Shown here: positions 1 to 12,588 of the stretch, in pieces
Layout of the letters: each line of letters opens with the position of its first letter
Position numbering within the stretch: the first letter of the stretch is position 1
From: Phyllosticta citribraziliensis
Lineage: Eukaryota
Assembly (NCBI RefSeq): GCF_038025025.1
Contig: NW_027117350.1
Span: forward strand, 372,001-436,000
DNA: 64,000 bases
Reading direction: 5' to 3'
The notes under the pieces: model-generated
Database searches by the model: none
Told to the model about the DNA's origin: nothing
What the model saw: the letters and a program-made list of their open reading frames with translations, nothing else
Made by a program: the position numbers and the translations under genes

Positions 1-1976
1 TAGACAGACAGGCCTTCTTCCCCATGGGCACCCCACACCATTGCGCAGCACGGCCCCACAGCTGTCTGCGCGCCTGACAGGAAGCACCCTCGAGCATGTC
101 AAACCCACCGAATCGACACCCGCCTGACCGATACCGAGTACGCGCAGCTTGCTACGGACATCGGGTACGGCGCTTGGCCCGAGTCGACACTGTGCATCTT
201 GGCCGCGGCGTCTTCCTTGCCCAGGACGTATCCACACCCACCACTACCATCGCTGCAAACTCTCCAGTCGCAAAGGCACATCTGTCTTGTTCGGAGCACA
301 CCGCCGGCCTATCACTCGTCCTGGACCGCTCGCCGAGCGCGGCCTTCCCGCCCACCTCATCTCGGAAAGGACCGGCCCAGGACAGGCATCCGTTTTTCTC
401 TTTGCTCGAGTGTTTTGGCCATTATCTAGCGCGATGGCGCGAGCCTTGGCTTTTGCAGGGAGCTCGAAGGCAGTAGCCGTGTTGTTTCTTCTTCTTGTTT
501 TGTCGACGTCTCTGACGACGAACACGCCAAAGATGCTACGGCGGGCACTTGATGGTACACCGCTGACATCGCTGGTTGGCTGCTGCGGTTGATACGTGTG
601 AAGTCAGTCGGCGCGCGAATTTCGGCGGCTTCTCAACCGCGTCCGGCTTGGCTGGACTGAGTTGCGACTGTTGATGCTGATGACCCTGGTGGAGCACCAC
701 GTCTGGCTGTACGGACGTATGGTCGGTCGCCAGTCACTCGGTCAAGATACACTCCCGACAGCATGACTGTGTTTGCTGTCTGACTGCACACCTGATGCAT
801 CACAAAAAAACAAAAATAGCGAATGGGGAGAGTCCCCTTCCGTTGCAAGTGCCGAAGCACAAAACGTGGCGTTGCACCGAGGCTGCTGAAACGGTGCCGT
901 GGCGCAGCCGCGGGCTTGTCACAGTCGCAGTCTATTTCGTCCCACGCCCAGTCTTGTTTATTCCCGCACCGCAACTCTGGTGATTGGAAGTTGCAAAAAA
1001 GGACGCAGTGGACGGATCCATGGAATGGAGCTCTAGACTGCTGCTGAACGGCGCCGTATGTCGCCATAATCCAACATCAGGCCGCCGCTTCGCCGACGCC
1101 AACGCCGTCGCCGCCACAGTCGTCGTCGTTTGCCTCCTGGCTGACTACTGGATGACGCCGAGTCAGTTGGGTCAGCGTAATGCTCAGGAGAGGAGTACCC
1201 GCGTACCAGACTATATCCTGCTTGGCAACTCTGTTTTTCGATTTGCCGGCATCTCCTGGGCCGATGATGTGCTGCTATTCGGCCCCGAGGACGCATCTAT
1301 CAGTGAAAGAAGACCGAAGTGATGACAGCAGCAGCAACAGCTACGCGCGCTGAATTCGTTCACATCACCATAACTGTTGGCTAAGTCCAAATCCCCAAGC
1401 CGTCGCCGCCGCACACCCACCATCATCTCAAACAGACTTTGGGTGGCTGGCAATCATCCGGCCCGCGGCCGGCTTGGTTGCTTACCTTCCCTTAGTGGTG
1501 CCCACGCTCCCACCATCTCAACTGCCGCCATCCCACGCATTGCGCCTGCCGAGCCACCAGGCGGAAGTGCCGTTCGAGTCAAGACGCCGTCGATTGCACG
1601 GAATACGTATCTTTGTTTGACATGGACCCAGGCACAGGGTTTCGGCATGTTGGCCGCTTGCCGCCCTGCCTGACAAGTAAATCTTGATGTCAACACGCTG
1701 GCTGGCTGCTTGTTTTGCACACGCGTCGTACTTGATCGTATCGCAGACGAGGTCCGACTGATGATGACTGCCTAGCACGCGCTGAGCGGCTGAGTATCTA
1801 CGCTCGCGCAGACTGTATCCACTTTCGAGGCGCAGCAAGGCAGGCCAGCGGCGGCGGCGAGGAAAAGTGGCTCGCTTGTTTGCTCCCCTACGCGTGAGGC
1901 TCCCCAGACAAGATGCTCGTATGGAGCAGCGAGCACATCTTAGCAATCCGCCAAGGTCAGGTACTGCGCTGCAAAT

Positions 1977-1997
1977 TCAATCAATCAATCAATCAAT
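1977..1997. repeat. (TCAA)5 microsatellite
   Basis: Direct reading of the sequence. Confidence 0.9.
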
Positions 1998-3168
1998 GAA
2001 AGATCGAGCATAACCGAGCAAGCGCTGCGCCGGCGCGGCCTTCGGATGCGAAAACTGCCGCGGCGCGGCGGGCGCTACCAGCTACCTAAAGCGTGTGCCC
2101 AGCAAGTACCTATAGTCAGGTAAAGAACGTACAAAGTAAATTCAGTATTATCAATAAAGTTTGCGCCCACGCAAGATGAACGGTAAGTACCTGTAGGCAA
2201 GACAAGAGGAAGGCCACAAAAGCTAGTAGACACCATCAGACCATCGGCACGCGCGCGCGTCTTACGACTAACCAGATAGGTACCTTGCTCCTGATCGCAT
2301 CGACGCGCCAAGGGTAGCTGGTAGTTAGGGGCGCCTGGATGGGGTGGTGGGCGTTGGGTGCCTTGCATCGAGGACGGACGTGAATGAGGTGTATGAGCAG
2401 CTGCTGTTGCAGCGAGTATGCGGGGCCCCAGCCAGCAGCCAGCGACGGAGTGTAAAGGAGTGGGTCAGCGGCAGGACTGTGCGTGAGAGCGTATGCGTGA
2501 CAGCAGGGAAGAGATGGGGTTAGGGTTGGAAGGGAGTCTGGGGTGCAGACATGCATGCATACAGCAGCCAGCGACCTAGCCTCGGCGAGAAACGCAGAGC
2601 AGCTGCGCATTTACCTGTCAGCATAGCACGCACACGAACGGTCCATACACGTTGGCAATCTAGATAGTTGATTTGGGAAAGACAACATCTTCATTGTTTC
2701 TTCGATACATATCTGTCGTGACATTTGTTGTTACCTGAGTTGATTCTGTCAGAGATTTATCAAGCTCGAACAAACATCGAAGACAAGGAGAAAATTTCTT
2801 TTTCGTTTCTACCCTTGTTACCCTAGAGCAATGCGCAGCAGCAATAGAAGGCAAGACGCTGCCGGTGTTGAAGGGAAGGGATAGGTGATGTAAATATGAA
2901 ATTTGTTTGATTGCGCGGATTTGCAAGAGCTGATTCGCTGATGATCAAGCTCTTCGAGATTTGTCGTTGTTTGGCCTTGACTGGCCGCGCCTTGCGTTCT
3001 TTTGTTGAGAACGCGATTTGGGGGTATTCGTGACCGCAAAACAAATAAAAGACAAATATCAATGGAAAGGAGGAAACCAAACGCCAACCCGTCGCAACTC
3101 CTTGTCATCCCGCGTCAGACATCCACTATGATGAGGTGCCGGATCATGCACTCTAATCTTTGTCCTTC

Positions 3169-4473
3169 CTACTCCGCAACCATGAGGGCTCGTCGGTATT
3201 CGCGCTCCATGCCATGCTTCACGGCCTCCAGGACGTTGTCAACCGTGGCCTTGGGAGGGTACGTGGGCTCGGTGCCCTCCTGGTAGACACCAGTGCGAAC
3301 CAGAATGGAATACCAAGTGTTCTCGGCTTGCTTGTTGAATTCGTTGGTTCCCCGGACGTCAGATTCGGGAGTGTCCCCAACGAAGTAGACCGTGTCAGGA
3401 GGCTGGTCGATTCCGTGGGTATCCTTCCTCCACTGTTGCAACAGACGCGTGGCGAACTGGAAAGTTCCCATCTGAGGCTTACCAAAGGCGTTCGTCTTGA
3501 TTTCCTTGCCGGTGACAGCTTTAAACATGGCCTCGAGTGAGACGCGCAGAGCACCCATTCCAATGCGGGTCAAGTCGTGCGAAGTACTCCAGACAACGTC
3601 GTTGTGGGAAAAGTAGATTGGAGGACCCTCGTCAAAGGTCTCGGATCGAGTCCCAAGGCGGCCGCCCTTCGACATCAAGAGGTCGAGAATGATTTGCTGG
3701 TCCGAGGCCCAGTCGCGACTGTCGGCGAAGACGAAAATTGCTTCGATGATGGTGTTGGAAAAGTCGCGAACTCTGGAATGCTCATACTCTTCGGGGGTCA
3801 ACTTGCGGAAGGGCGTCGTGTCTTCGTTGGTCTTGATGATGTCACCGGGAGTGATGACATCCTTGAATCCATAGCCCTCAGCTACGTGGCGGCACTTCTC
3901 TCCCTCGCCACCGACCACAAGGACGGTGCCGTATTTGGAGGCCATTTCCCGCATGGGGGTGTGGCCGCAAATGAATTGACCGGGAGAAACCTCAATCTCG
4001 AGTTGCTTGCTGAGCTGCAGGCACCGTTCGGCTTCAGTCTTGCCGCCACCATTCGTCACGAAAATGTAAGGCCTGTATTGGATTAGATCGAAGTCCGATA
4101 AAGTGGAGGAGACGGCTTACACTTTGATGCCGTACTCGTTCTCGCCGTTGAGCATCTTCATAGCCTCGATGGCTTCGGGGATGACTTTGCCTCCGCGGAT
4201 GAGGACACCATCGATATCAAAGGCGTAGGCGTACTTGTCCGTGACTGTCGTCGCTGGTGGTGTCTCGGGAGATGATGAACGGGTCATGAGCATCTCGTTT
4301 CTGGCATGATCCATGGCAGCGGCAGTCTCGTTCGCGGAGGAGGGGGCCATTAGGTGCCTGGGAGGCACAACGACAGTTGCGCCTTGGCGACGAGAGAGGT
4401 CCTCTCTGGTAACATCGTCGGAGCTGATGCGGCGCTCCAAGCGCCTGGGAGGTTGGAGTGTTGATGCCGACAT
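3169..4473 (-). CDS. HAD-superfamily subfamily IIA hydrolase (CECR5/HDHD5, YKR070W-like), ~418 aa, 2 exons (4473-4121, 4072-3169)
   Basis: HAD motifs AFDIDGVL, FVTNGGG, FGKP and VGDTPESD. A 48-nt GTAAGC...CAG intron (4120-4073) joins GIKV to PYIFVTNGG in frame. Confidence 0.92.
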
Positions 4474-5406
4474 GATGGGCAAAGGGCAGGAGCGATGGTC
4501 GTAAAGTTTAGTAATCGATAACCACAAAGGCCAGCAGAGTTGATAGGGAGATGTCGAGGGGAAGGCGGTGGGAAGCTGCTGTTTATATGATGACAGCGGG
4601 CCTAGGATCCGGGCAAATGGTCTGGAGTGCGGAGAGAAAAGTGGATCGAGTGGAGCCAGATGTCTGAGCAAGAAGGATGCAGGTCCAAGAACGGGAGGTC
4701 TTGGGGATTATTATATGAGTAGAGGCATGGAGGAAGGATAGCAATGCCAGCATGTCATGCAACGTCAAGAAGCGTATTCAAGGATCCCTGTGAGTGGGCT
4801 AAACGCCTCTGGTGCGTGATTAATCCAACATGGATCTAGTCGGCACCCATGAGCACGGCTAGGCTTATCGGGCCAGAGCAGGATGATGTTGGACTGAGGC
4901 GGGAATACTGGACCCTGGTGCTGTGGCAGTGATAATTCACAGCGCGCGTAACCAGGCTGGTCCGGCATGGAAATGGCAGCAGAGCTCCTCGTGGCACACT
5001 TGGGCCGGGGGCCACGGGGCCATCCGATGGTCCAAAGGAGACGGATCGGCGCTAGCAGTCAAGGCCGTCAAGATGACGACGTTTGGCCTGGAACGAAGTT
5101 AGGTTTGGGACGCTGCGGCCCTGGTCGGTGCAGGTGCAGAGAGAGGAACAAAGTGTGCAGCCGTGGTGTTGAGCGGATCCACAATGACGTGTGCCGCTCT
5201 CGCGTAGCTCACCGCATCTGGCCGGGCTGAGCCTGGGAACGCCGACATGGGTCTTCTCCTTTACCACTCCAGCGCGCGCTGCTCTTCCAATCGAAAATGT
5301 CGCAGTAATCCTTGGACGCACCCGATTGTTTCTCGTCGGCGCTGTTTCAATTTTAGGACCGACCACTGACTGACGACTCTTGTCCAGTTCCTCGAAAGGG
5401 GCCCGT

Positions 5407-5448
5407 CCGGGGGGTGCCCGCCGTACCGGGGGCCCCGGGGAACCCCGC
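5407..5448. promoter_or_regulatory. Cluster of SYGGRG (CreA/Mig1-type) motifs
   Basis: CCGGGG at 5407 and 5426, palindromic CCCCGGGG at 5433-5440, and CCCCGC at 5443, all within the divergent intergenic region. Motif match only. Confidence 0.3.
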
Positions 5449-6917
5449 CATGTCGCCGGGCTCGCTCTACGCCTAAACACTCGTCGACTTCGATGAGAGA
5501 CTCCGAAGCACCCCCCTCGCACATGATTGAGCGCCCGACAGACCTGGGGTGCAGCTGAATGCTGCGTACGAGTCGCCTGCCGAGATCGGGCCCTTGGCGC
5601 TTGGCTTCGTTGTTGTCGTCGCCATCCATCCCCCAAGGCACAGAGGGCGGCGCTTTCACATGTCGCGAAGCTGTCGTCCTGGCAAGGCCTCAGGATGCTG
5701 TGCCGTCGTCCCACCACACCAAGCAGCCTGTTGCACCTGCTGGTGCGCTGTTGACATCTTTGCAATCGCATTCGACCCACCCCTCCGCCTCGCCGTTGAC
5801 GTCACGGCGTGACAGCTGCAGGTAAGCGCCGGCTCTTTATCTTCAACCTGCCTTAGATCCCACCTTCGTCAGCCGCCCACCGGACAACCGCGTTTGCCGT
5901 GTCCTGCTCCGACCAGCCGGCGGCCCTCGCCTGTTGCGAGCAGTAGTTTTGGATCCCAATCCGGATGTGCACCTTTCTTCGACGGGAGCCAGTGCGTCAA
6001 ACGGCGGCTTGATCGAGACTTGTGACGTAGATCTGCCTTTGGTGCAAACCGGCCCATATTAGAAATGGGTCACTGCCACTCTAGCGACCGTTAGGCCGTT
6101 TGCGCAGTGGACTGGCGTTGCAGTCCCACCGCGGAGAGCGCGCTCCAAACAATGACGCTTTCAAGACGACAAAGATATGGAGATTGCAGAACGCGCAACC
6201 GGGTGAGGTCAGAGAGCAGTGGTGCGCGTCTCACAGCTCGATTGCTGAAATGTGACGTGCGTCATCATGTTCTCACTCTCCGGCCGAGAGGTTGGGCTCG
6301 CTCGGCCAGAAGCTGTGTCTCGTTCGACCGCCAGTTGTCCAATTCTTTGCCTCAACCCCTCAGTGCCTTGCTCTTTTCTGTCACAGTCGCCATTTTTTCC
6401 GGTTGAAAGGCGTCGTCCGCTTTGGGGACAAGGCGGGGTGATGGGACTGGCTATACGGCCCTGCCGTTTCATGCAGCCAGCATGACTGCAGACTTTGTGC
6501 GCAGCAAAGGCATCGGAGGCGCCCGTGGGGTAGTGGATGGCCTGTGTTCGTGCCAAAAGCACATGGCGGGCATTTGTCGAGCAACGCCCAGAGGAGGGGC
6601 TGGTGGCAAAAGAGCAGAGTCGAGGTTCGAGGAGGACGGGGACGACGGGCGGGCGCGCAGCTAAAAGGGTCGGCGGTTGGGGAGCGCAAATTGAAGTGGC
6701 AGCGCAGGAACAGAGAATGAGGAAGAGGGGAGGCACAGGGAAGACAACAAGACGTTCGCCTTGGACAAATTATGGAGGATGCGGATCGTGAGGCTCATCA
6801 CGTGGGTCGGGTCGCGGTTGCCCTCTCAGGTGAGAAGTGGAATTGGATGTGGTCGCACAAAACGCACGACGCGCCTCTGCTCCGGATCCAATTACATTCC
6901 GCCCAGGCATGTCCACC

Positions 6918-9419
6918 ATGAACTGGACCGGTGGACGCCTCCAACGCCATTCTGGTCCTACCAAAGGCCAAGGCGACCTGATTCATCGTCAACGACTTCA
7001 CTTTGCCAAAGCGCGCACGCAAATCTACCACGGCCAGCCGAACACCCACTTGCTCGAACCCGGACCCTCGGATTTCTTTTGTTCCAGCCCTGCCAACGCA
7101 TACCACACACGGACGTTGACAAAGCCTCCAAGGACCCTTCATCAACGTGAGACTGCGGTGACTTTTGCGCATCACCAAAGCCCTGCGAAGCGCTCAAGCC
7201 CGGCTCACTACAAAGCGTCCACGACTAGAAAGCTTGCTGACGTTGCTGACGATGGACATCAACGCTATGATGATGATAGAACTCGCAAAAAGGTTGAGTC
7301 TTTGGACAACTCGAGTCTTGAACTCTCCTCCGCCAGGCTCAAAGCAGAAAAGGCGCGGCTTCTCGAATCTCGCGACTGGGTTGGACTGGCGTCCTCACGT
7401 CCTCTACACTTGGCCTTTGCATCTGGTAGAGAGAAAGAAGGCATTGGCAAGAGACACAAGGTCAAACGACAGAAAAGATTCGGCCACGAGGGTAAGAGGC
7501 TCCATGCAACAACTTTGAAGCGGGCCCAGGAGAGAGAGGACGACGGCCCATATATGAGTGGGGCAATTCTGGACGACGATGACATCCGCATCAGGATTGG
7601 GACAGACGCGTTAGCAACTCAGTCGCTGGTGGACAAAAACGACTCACCTGGAAAGAATTCCCCTCCAGCCCCTTCTTCAGACGAAATGCTGTTCGATGTG
7701 GAGGCTCGTAGGGAAACACTACGGTCCCAGGACGACGTATTTCGGGGCCACACAATCGAATCACGCAGCTCAAAAGACGAACAGGCGAACGCGCAATATG
7801 TGGCCGATTATTGTGACGCAGAGCATCCTCCTCTCCACAACACTCAGCCCAATGATAGCGACGCCCCATTGGCAGGTGTTGATAGATTGTTGCAGCAACT
7901 GGAAGAAACGCCATCTCGCTTTCCACTTCAGCATGGATCTAGTTTCAACGCCGCGCATGCACTCGGGAGTGTTCATGCATCGCCCCACGAATTGGAAAGA
8001 GACAACGTCAACTATTGTAGGATGCACGATGACAATGTGACCATGCAATCTCCAGATTACGAGGCCTTGGGAACAGGCCACAACCCATGTCAAGCGTATG
8101 GCCAAGGCAGTTCGGATTCTGTCACCGTTGAGAGCATTCTGTCGCCACCATTTGTCCACCACCCCGAAGGTACATTGAGCCCGTGTGCGCTCAATGCAGA
8201 AAGATCAAGAGCAACTTTGCTGGAAGAGGACAACAACATGCGGTCAAGAGGCTCAACGGCGCAGGCCTTGTTATACGAAGCGAATGGAAATGCCGACGAC
8301 GACATTGCGTGGAGGAAATTCGTTCAGGTCAACTCGGACATGGCCGACCAGCCCTTGGATATGCATCGATCCCATTGTGGAAACCAAGGAGCTCACGGCG
8401 GAATCCAAGGATCACACAACCGTGAGATTGATGAGAGCTATCATGTTCACTCGGGCGGTATACCTACTTTCACAGAGTTGGCAGCGCGTCCGATCGGCGA
8501 TGGTCGCCGCATGCACAGCGGAGAGCTCGAGCATGAGTATCACCCCACAGTCAGGAACGTTGAAGGTGCAGCTGCAGGCAGTGCCGACAGGGCACGTAGC
8601 AGCAACCTGCGTCTGCAAATGCCCGTCTCAAGCGCCGTTGCCGCTGTTGCGAAGACAGGTTTTGCAGCTGCAACATCTCACCAAATGGACGGGTTCGCCA
8701 AAAATGCAACACCGCGCAGGGGAATGATCTCCGACACAGAGGATGACGCAGCAGAGACAATATGGAAGAAGTTTGTATTGGGGAGTGATCTATCTGAAGC
8801 AGAGTACGGTGAGTGCAAGTCGCCAAAAACAGCCTTAAGATCGACAGCGGCGTCAACTGGAGCCTCCCAAAACGGATCTTTCTCGTCGCTTTCTGTCCAA
8901 ACCTCCCTCAGCTCTGCGCCTGCCAATGCGTTGTTTCGGTCCCCTGAAGCTTGCTTGCATAGCGCCATTGACGGACATCACGAGCGCGCGGAGAGAGCTG
9001 CAGCAAGGGAGGTGGTCGAGGACAGCACAGACCAGTCACCAATGTCAATGGCCGTCGAAGGGCCTGGAAATGCAACAGCGTCGTTAGGTGGGACCTCCCG
9101 AAACGGATCCACGCTGGATGACGCTGGAGATCCAGGCTCATCCAACGTCGACTTCCAAAGCAACCAGGCGGGGGCTAGCGACTCCATCGGACATTGGCCC
9201 GGGCATGGCATAAGGATAATGTTCAGCAAGCCCAAGCCCTTTGTAGGCTCGAAGGCTACTTCTACGACCGAATACGTCAAAGCAGGGCAAGAAAATTCGT
9301 CAACGGGCAGCGCACCTCACATCGGCCCTTTGCCTGCCCATCGAAGCCGTGAATGGAGTTTGAGCAGATACGCACGAAGCTTCAAGAAACTGACCGAAAT
9401 AGAGACGGTGGAAGACTAG
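6918..9419 (+). CDS. Uncharacterised, largely disordered protein (~833 aa) with an N-terminal MNWTGG...RQRLHFAKAR motif; HEIP1/REDIC1-like candidate
   Basis: 2.5-kb uninterrupted ORF with ATG at 6909 or 6918. Conserved-looking blocks: MNWTGGRLQRHS, RLLESRDWVGL...EGIGKR, two W(R/K)KFV motifs and FSKPKPFVG. Confidence 0.82.
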   Translation: MNWTGGRLQRHSGPTKGQGDLIHRQRLHFAKARTQIYHGQPNTHLLEPGPSDFFCSSPANAYHTRTLTKPPRTLHQRETAVTFAHHQSPAKRSSPAHYKASTTRKLADVADDGHQRYDDDRTRKKVESLDNSSLELSSARLKAEKARLLESRDWVGLASSRPLHLAFASGREKEGIGKRHKVKRQKRFGHEGKRLHATTLKRAQEREDDGPYMSGAILDDDDIRIRIGTDALATQSLVDKNDSPGKNSPPAPSSDEMLFDVEARRETLRSQDDVFRGHTIESRSSKDEQANAQYVADYCDAEHPPLHNTQPNDSDAPLAGVDRLLQQLEETPSRFPLQHGSSFNAAHALGSVHASPHELERDNVNYCRMHDDNVTMQSPDYEALGTGHNPCQAYGQGSSDSVTVESILSPPFVHHPEGTLSPCALNAERSRATLLEEDNNMRSRGSTAQALLYEANGNADDDIAWRKFVQVNSDMADQPLDMHRSHCGNQGAHGGIQGSHNREIDESYHVHSGGIPTFTELAARPIGDGRRMHSGELEHEYHPTVRNVEGAAAGSADRARSSNLRLQMPVSSAVAAVAKTGFAAATSHQMDGFAKNATPRRGMISDTEDDAAETIWKKFVLGSDLSEAEYGECKSPKTALRSTAASTGASQNGSFSSLSVQTSLSSAPANALFRSPEACLHSAIDGHHERAERAAAREVVEDSTDQSPMSMAVEGPGNATASLGGTSRNGSTLDDAGDPGSSNVDFQSNQAGASDSIGHWPGHGIRIMFSKPKPFVGSKATSTTEYVKAGQENSSTGSAPHIGPLPAHRSREWSLSRYARSFKKLTEIETVED

Positions 9420-12400
9420 CTGATGTCCTTCACCACACGACTGGAGGACCATGAATTGCCATCGGCGTTCGCTGAAATTTTTTGCCGCAGTTGACTCGAG
9501 AGCCAAAGCCTAAAAAACGGTTTACCGGGGAGGAGCCAGGGCAGTTTTTTGGAAACTTTCACGGGAGCGGGCCATGGCCGGGGAAGCTCGAAATTGCAGG
9601 CCAAAAGGGCACCCTACGCGCATCGCGAAAAAACGGAGGGGCGGGGGAGAAACATTTTCTGGAGTCTGAAGTGGTTACGTACCGCGCCCAGCCAAGAGGG
9701 CCTGGACACGACGACAGGTAAGTACGGTGACATGTTGCAAGTCAGCTCGTGGACAAGGCGGTGCGACGAGGGCCCCAATTCTGCGTTGCACGCATTCGTC
9801 TCTGACGGACCGGCCGCAGGTGTGAGATGGGCAAGGCACCTGATGCAAGGCGAGAACGGCAGTAGGCAGCAAGGCAAGCAGTGGCACTGTACATGTTCAA
9901 GTACGTACCGCGAACCTATCACGGGCAGGCCTGATTATGCGGACCAGCAAAAGGCCTCAGGCCAGATGTGTCAGAAGTTATGGTCTAGAGAAGGCGGTTT
10001 CAGCTTCGACGTCGGCGCGGGGCATGGCTTGCTGGAGGGTTGTTGCTAAAGTTGAGAATTGAGTGGGCAGACCGCGACACAACGGCACTGGACCAAAGAC
10101 AATGAATGCTTCCCTGGCGCAACTGTGGGGAGAAGAAGTGGTGAGTGAGAGTGGCGGTGGTGCAAGAACAGAAGCAAAACGAAACAAGGCGGCGGACCAA
10201 TCACGTCGGGCGCCGTTTTGTGTCTCGTCAAAGTCGAACTACTGCCAGGCTTCCCACGTCAGGGCTCAACCTCACCTCATCAGAACCTCTCTGTTTCCGT
10301 GTCACCACGGCTCCACGCAATCAATGCACCAATCTATCAATCAATCGATCAGCAGTCAATCAATCATCATTCAATCAATCAGATTCAGGCCAGCATCGCA
10401 TCGCATTGCTGCATCGCCCGCTCCAAACTCGCAATGCGTCCGCCTCCTGCTCCTCTTCCTTGCGCAAAATCAACGCCGCAACCGCAGCCGTTTCTGTTGC
10501 CTGTTACAGATGTCATCCTGGATCTGCCTTGTCTGCTTGAGGGACCCTGCCCAGCCCTGCCATGCCCTGCCAGCTGTCACTTCAGAGCTTCGGTGTGGAC
10601 CCTCACTTCTCGCAGCCGTGGCCGATCAATGCGTCGCGCACTCGCTGCCCTTGGATGTCTCTGCTGTTTTTGACGCCAATTGCTCAGCGGCGCCGGGCAG
10701 CATGCGCATTAAGGTTTCGTCAAAACAGCGCGGGCAATCGATATCTTTTCGTCGACCAATTCACGACACACACACTCTGGTTGACACGTCCCAGGCGCCC
10801 TGCCCTACCCGTGTAGCTGAGCGGTCCAACCTCCGGCCACCACGCCATCCCAGCTCCTGTCGCTGTTGCATCTGCTTCTGCCACGAAGTATGCTGCTGTT
10901 GCAAGACGAGAGACCAGATACTACTATTTTGACTCATTCTGCATCTGGACTCATGACAAACTTCAACAACTGCCGCGTCCAGGGTCTGCTTTACCGTGCG
11001 GGCCGCCGTCGACTGCTTCCAATCCCAAACCCAAACCCCCCCACGAGCCGCGCCTCACCATCAGCCGCATCTGTAGCACCTGCTGGTTCTCCTACGGCAG
11101 CCAACGCAGCCGCGCCAGCGCCGGGAGACTGGGCATCGAACGGCACCATCATGGATGAGGCAGGCTGTCTTGACTAACTGATTCATCGATGACTTTCTTG
11201 TCTGCCATGACAAGCTCACCAGGAGACGACTCCGAATCCCGCCATGGACCGCCGGCAGTCTCTTTGCTTCTTTTACTGTTGCGCCTATCTCTGTCGAGCG
11301 ACGACCGACCCTGTTTGTTGGTAGCAGCAGTACTGTTCGTGTGGGGCAGGCGCCCAGGCCTGTCTCCACATCCATCCACATCTGCCCATGTGTAGCACGG
11401 CAGATTGATTGTTTCGTTGGCTTTTCGTCCTTGGTTAGGGCACGCAGAGCAGAGACACTCCACCATCAGCCTAACTGACTACCCTTTCTGTAGGTACGCT
11501 CTTTGCCCTCGCGGGCACGTCTGTTCAATGCCTCTCCCACGTTCTCGCGCCCTGCCTTGTCCTGCCCTACCCGTTCGCTTTCTTCGCCCCTTGCTGCTGG
11601 CTGTTTTCCAGTTTCCACTCGGCGTCCGGTTTCAGACTCGCTGCCCTGCCTTCCTTCCTAATCATGCTCGGGTCTCTGTGTTCGGTTTTCGCGTCAGGGC
11701 TGCCTACCGCATTTGTCGGTCTGAACGGCCGAACGGCTGACTGGCTGGCCGGCCGGCCTCGATGAGCCCTGACGCTGTGCTGGCGTGGTGGTCGAAGCAG
11801 GCCCGCATGTCTGTTGGTACTCATGCGACGATTGTGTGTATCGATGGCGTCCGAGAGGCGGATGCTGACATTGTTGAGGGCTTACGGCACATCTTGAGGC
11901 AAGATGTCTTGGTGAGGAGGAGCGAGCCTTGCGCTGGTCCGCCAATGGCTACGCCAGTCTGCTGCCACAGAAAGAGGTATGTATGTTGGCCAGGAGGCAG
12001 GACGTCTTGGGCGCTGCCAGGGAAAGCAAGCGTACGGGACTTTGGAGCAGCCTGGATTCGATCTCTCCCACGGTGGGTGTCAAAAGAATCGAAACACAGC
12101 ACTGCGGCTGCATCTACGGAGCTGTCGTCTGCCATAACAGAAGCGCTTAGGGGACCGTCGTTCGTTACAGCAGCTACCCACTTCTTTCGACACCCATTGT
12201 CCCTTCGTTGCACTTCTCTTACACCTCCTCCTGCACGGCCGCGCATCTCCACTCTAAACGTCCTATGCCCCCAATCCTAATCCAGCACCACGTCGGCCAC
12301 AGGCACACGACCGGCCACCCTCACGCCTGCGTGTCTGGCGTGTCTGGCCCATCTCTCTGTCCGCCTGTCTAGCCCTCAAGGCATCCCAACCCGCTGCACT

Positions 12401-12588
12401 CACCCCCTTCCTCCACATGCACAAGTAAGAAACACACGGCACGTAGGTACATGTAACGGCGCACCACACCCGCCACTCCACCGCCACCGCCAACGCCACA
12501 GCAACACCAAAGCCCTCGAGCCTAAACGGCGGTGTCAGGAACAGGCAAGGCAGGCAGCCACTTGCCTGATACAGCCAGATAGCCCTAA

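Noticed and set aside
1242..1283. FAGISWADDVLLFG resembles a non-LTR reverse transcriptase YADD motif
   Set aside because: No upstream PQG motif or other RT blocks, and the ORF is short. Probably chance; BLASTx would settle it.
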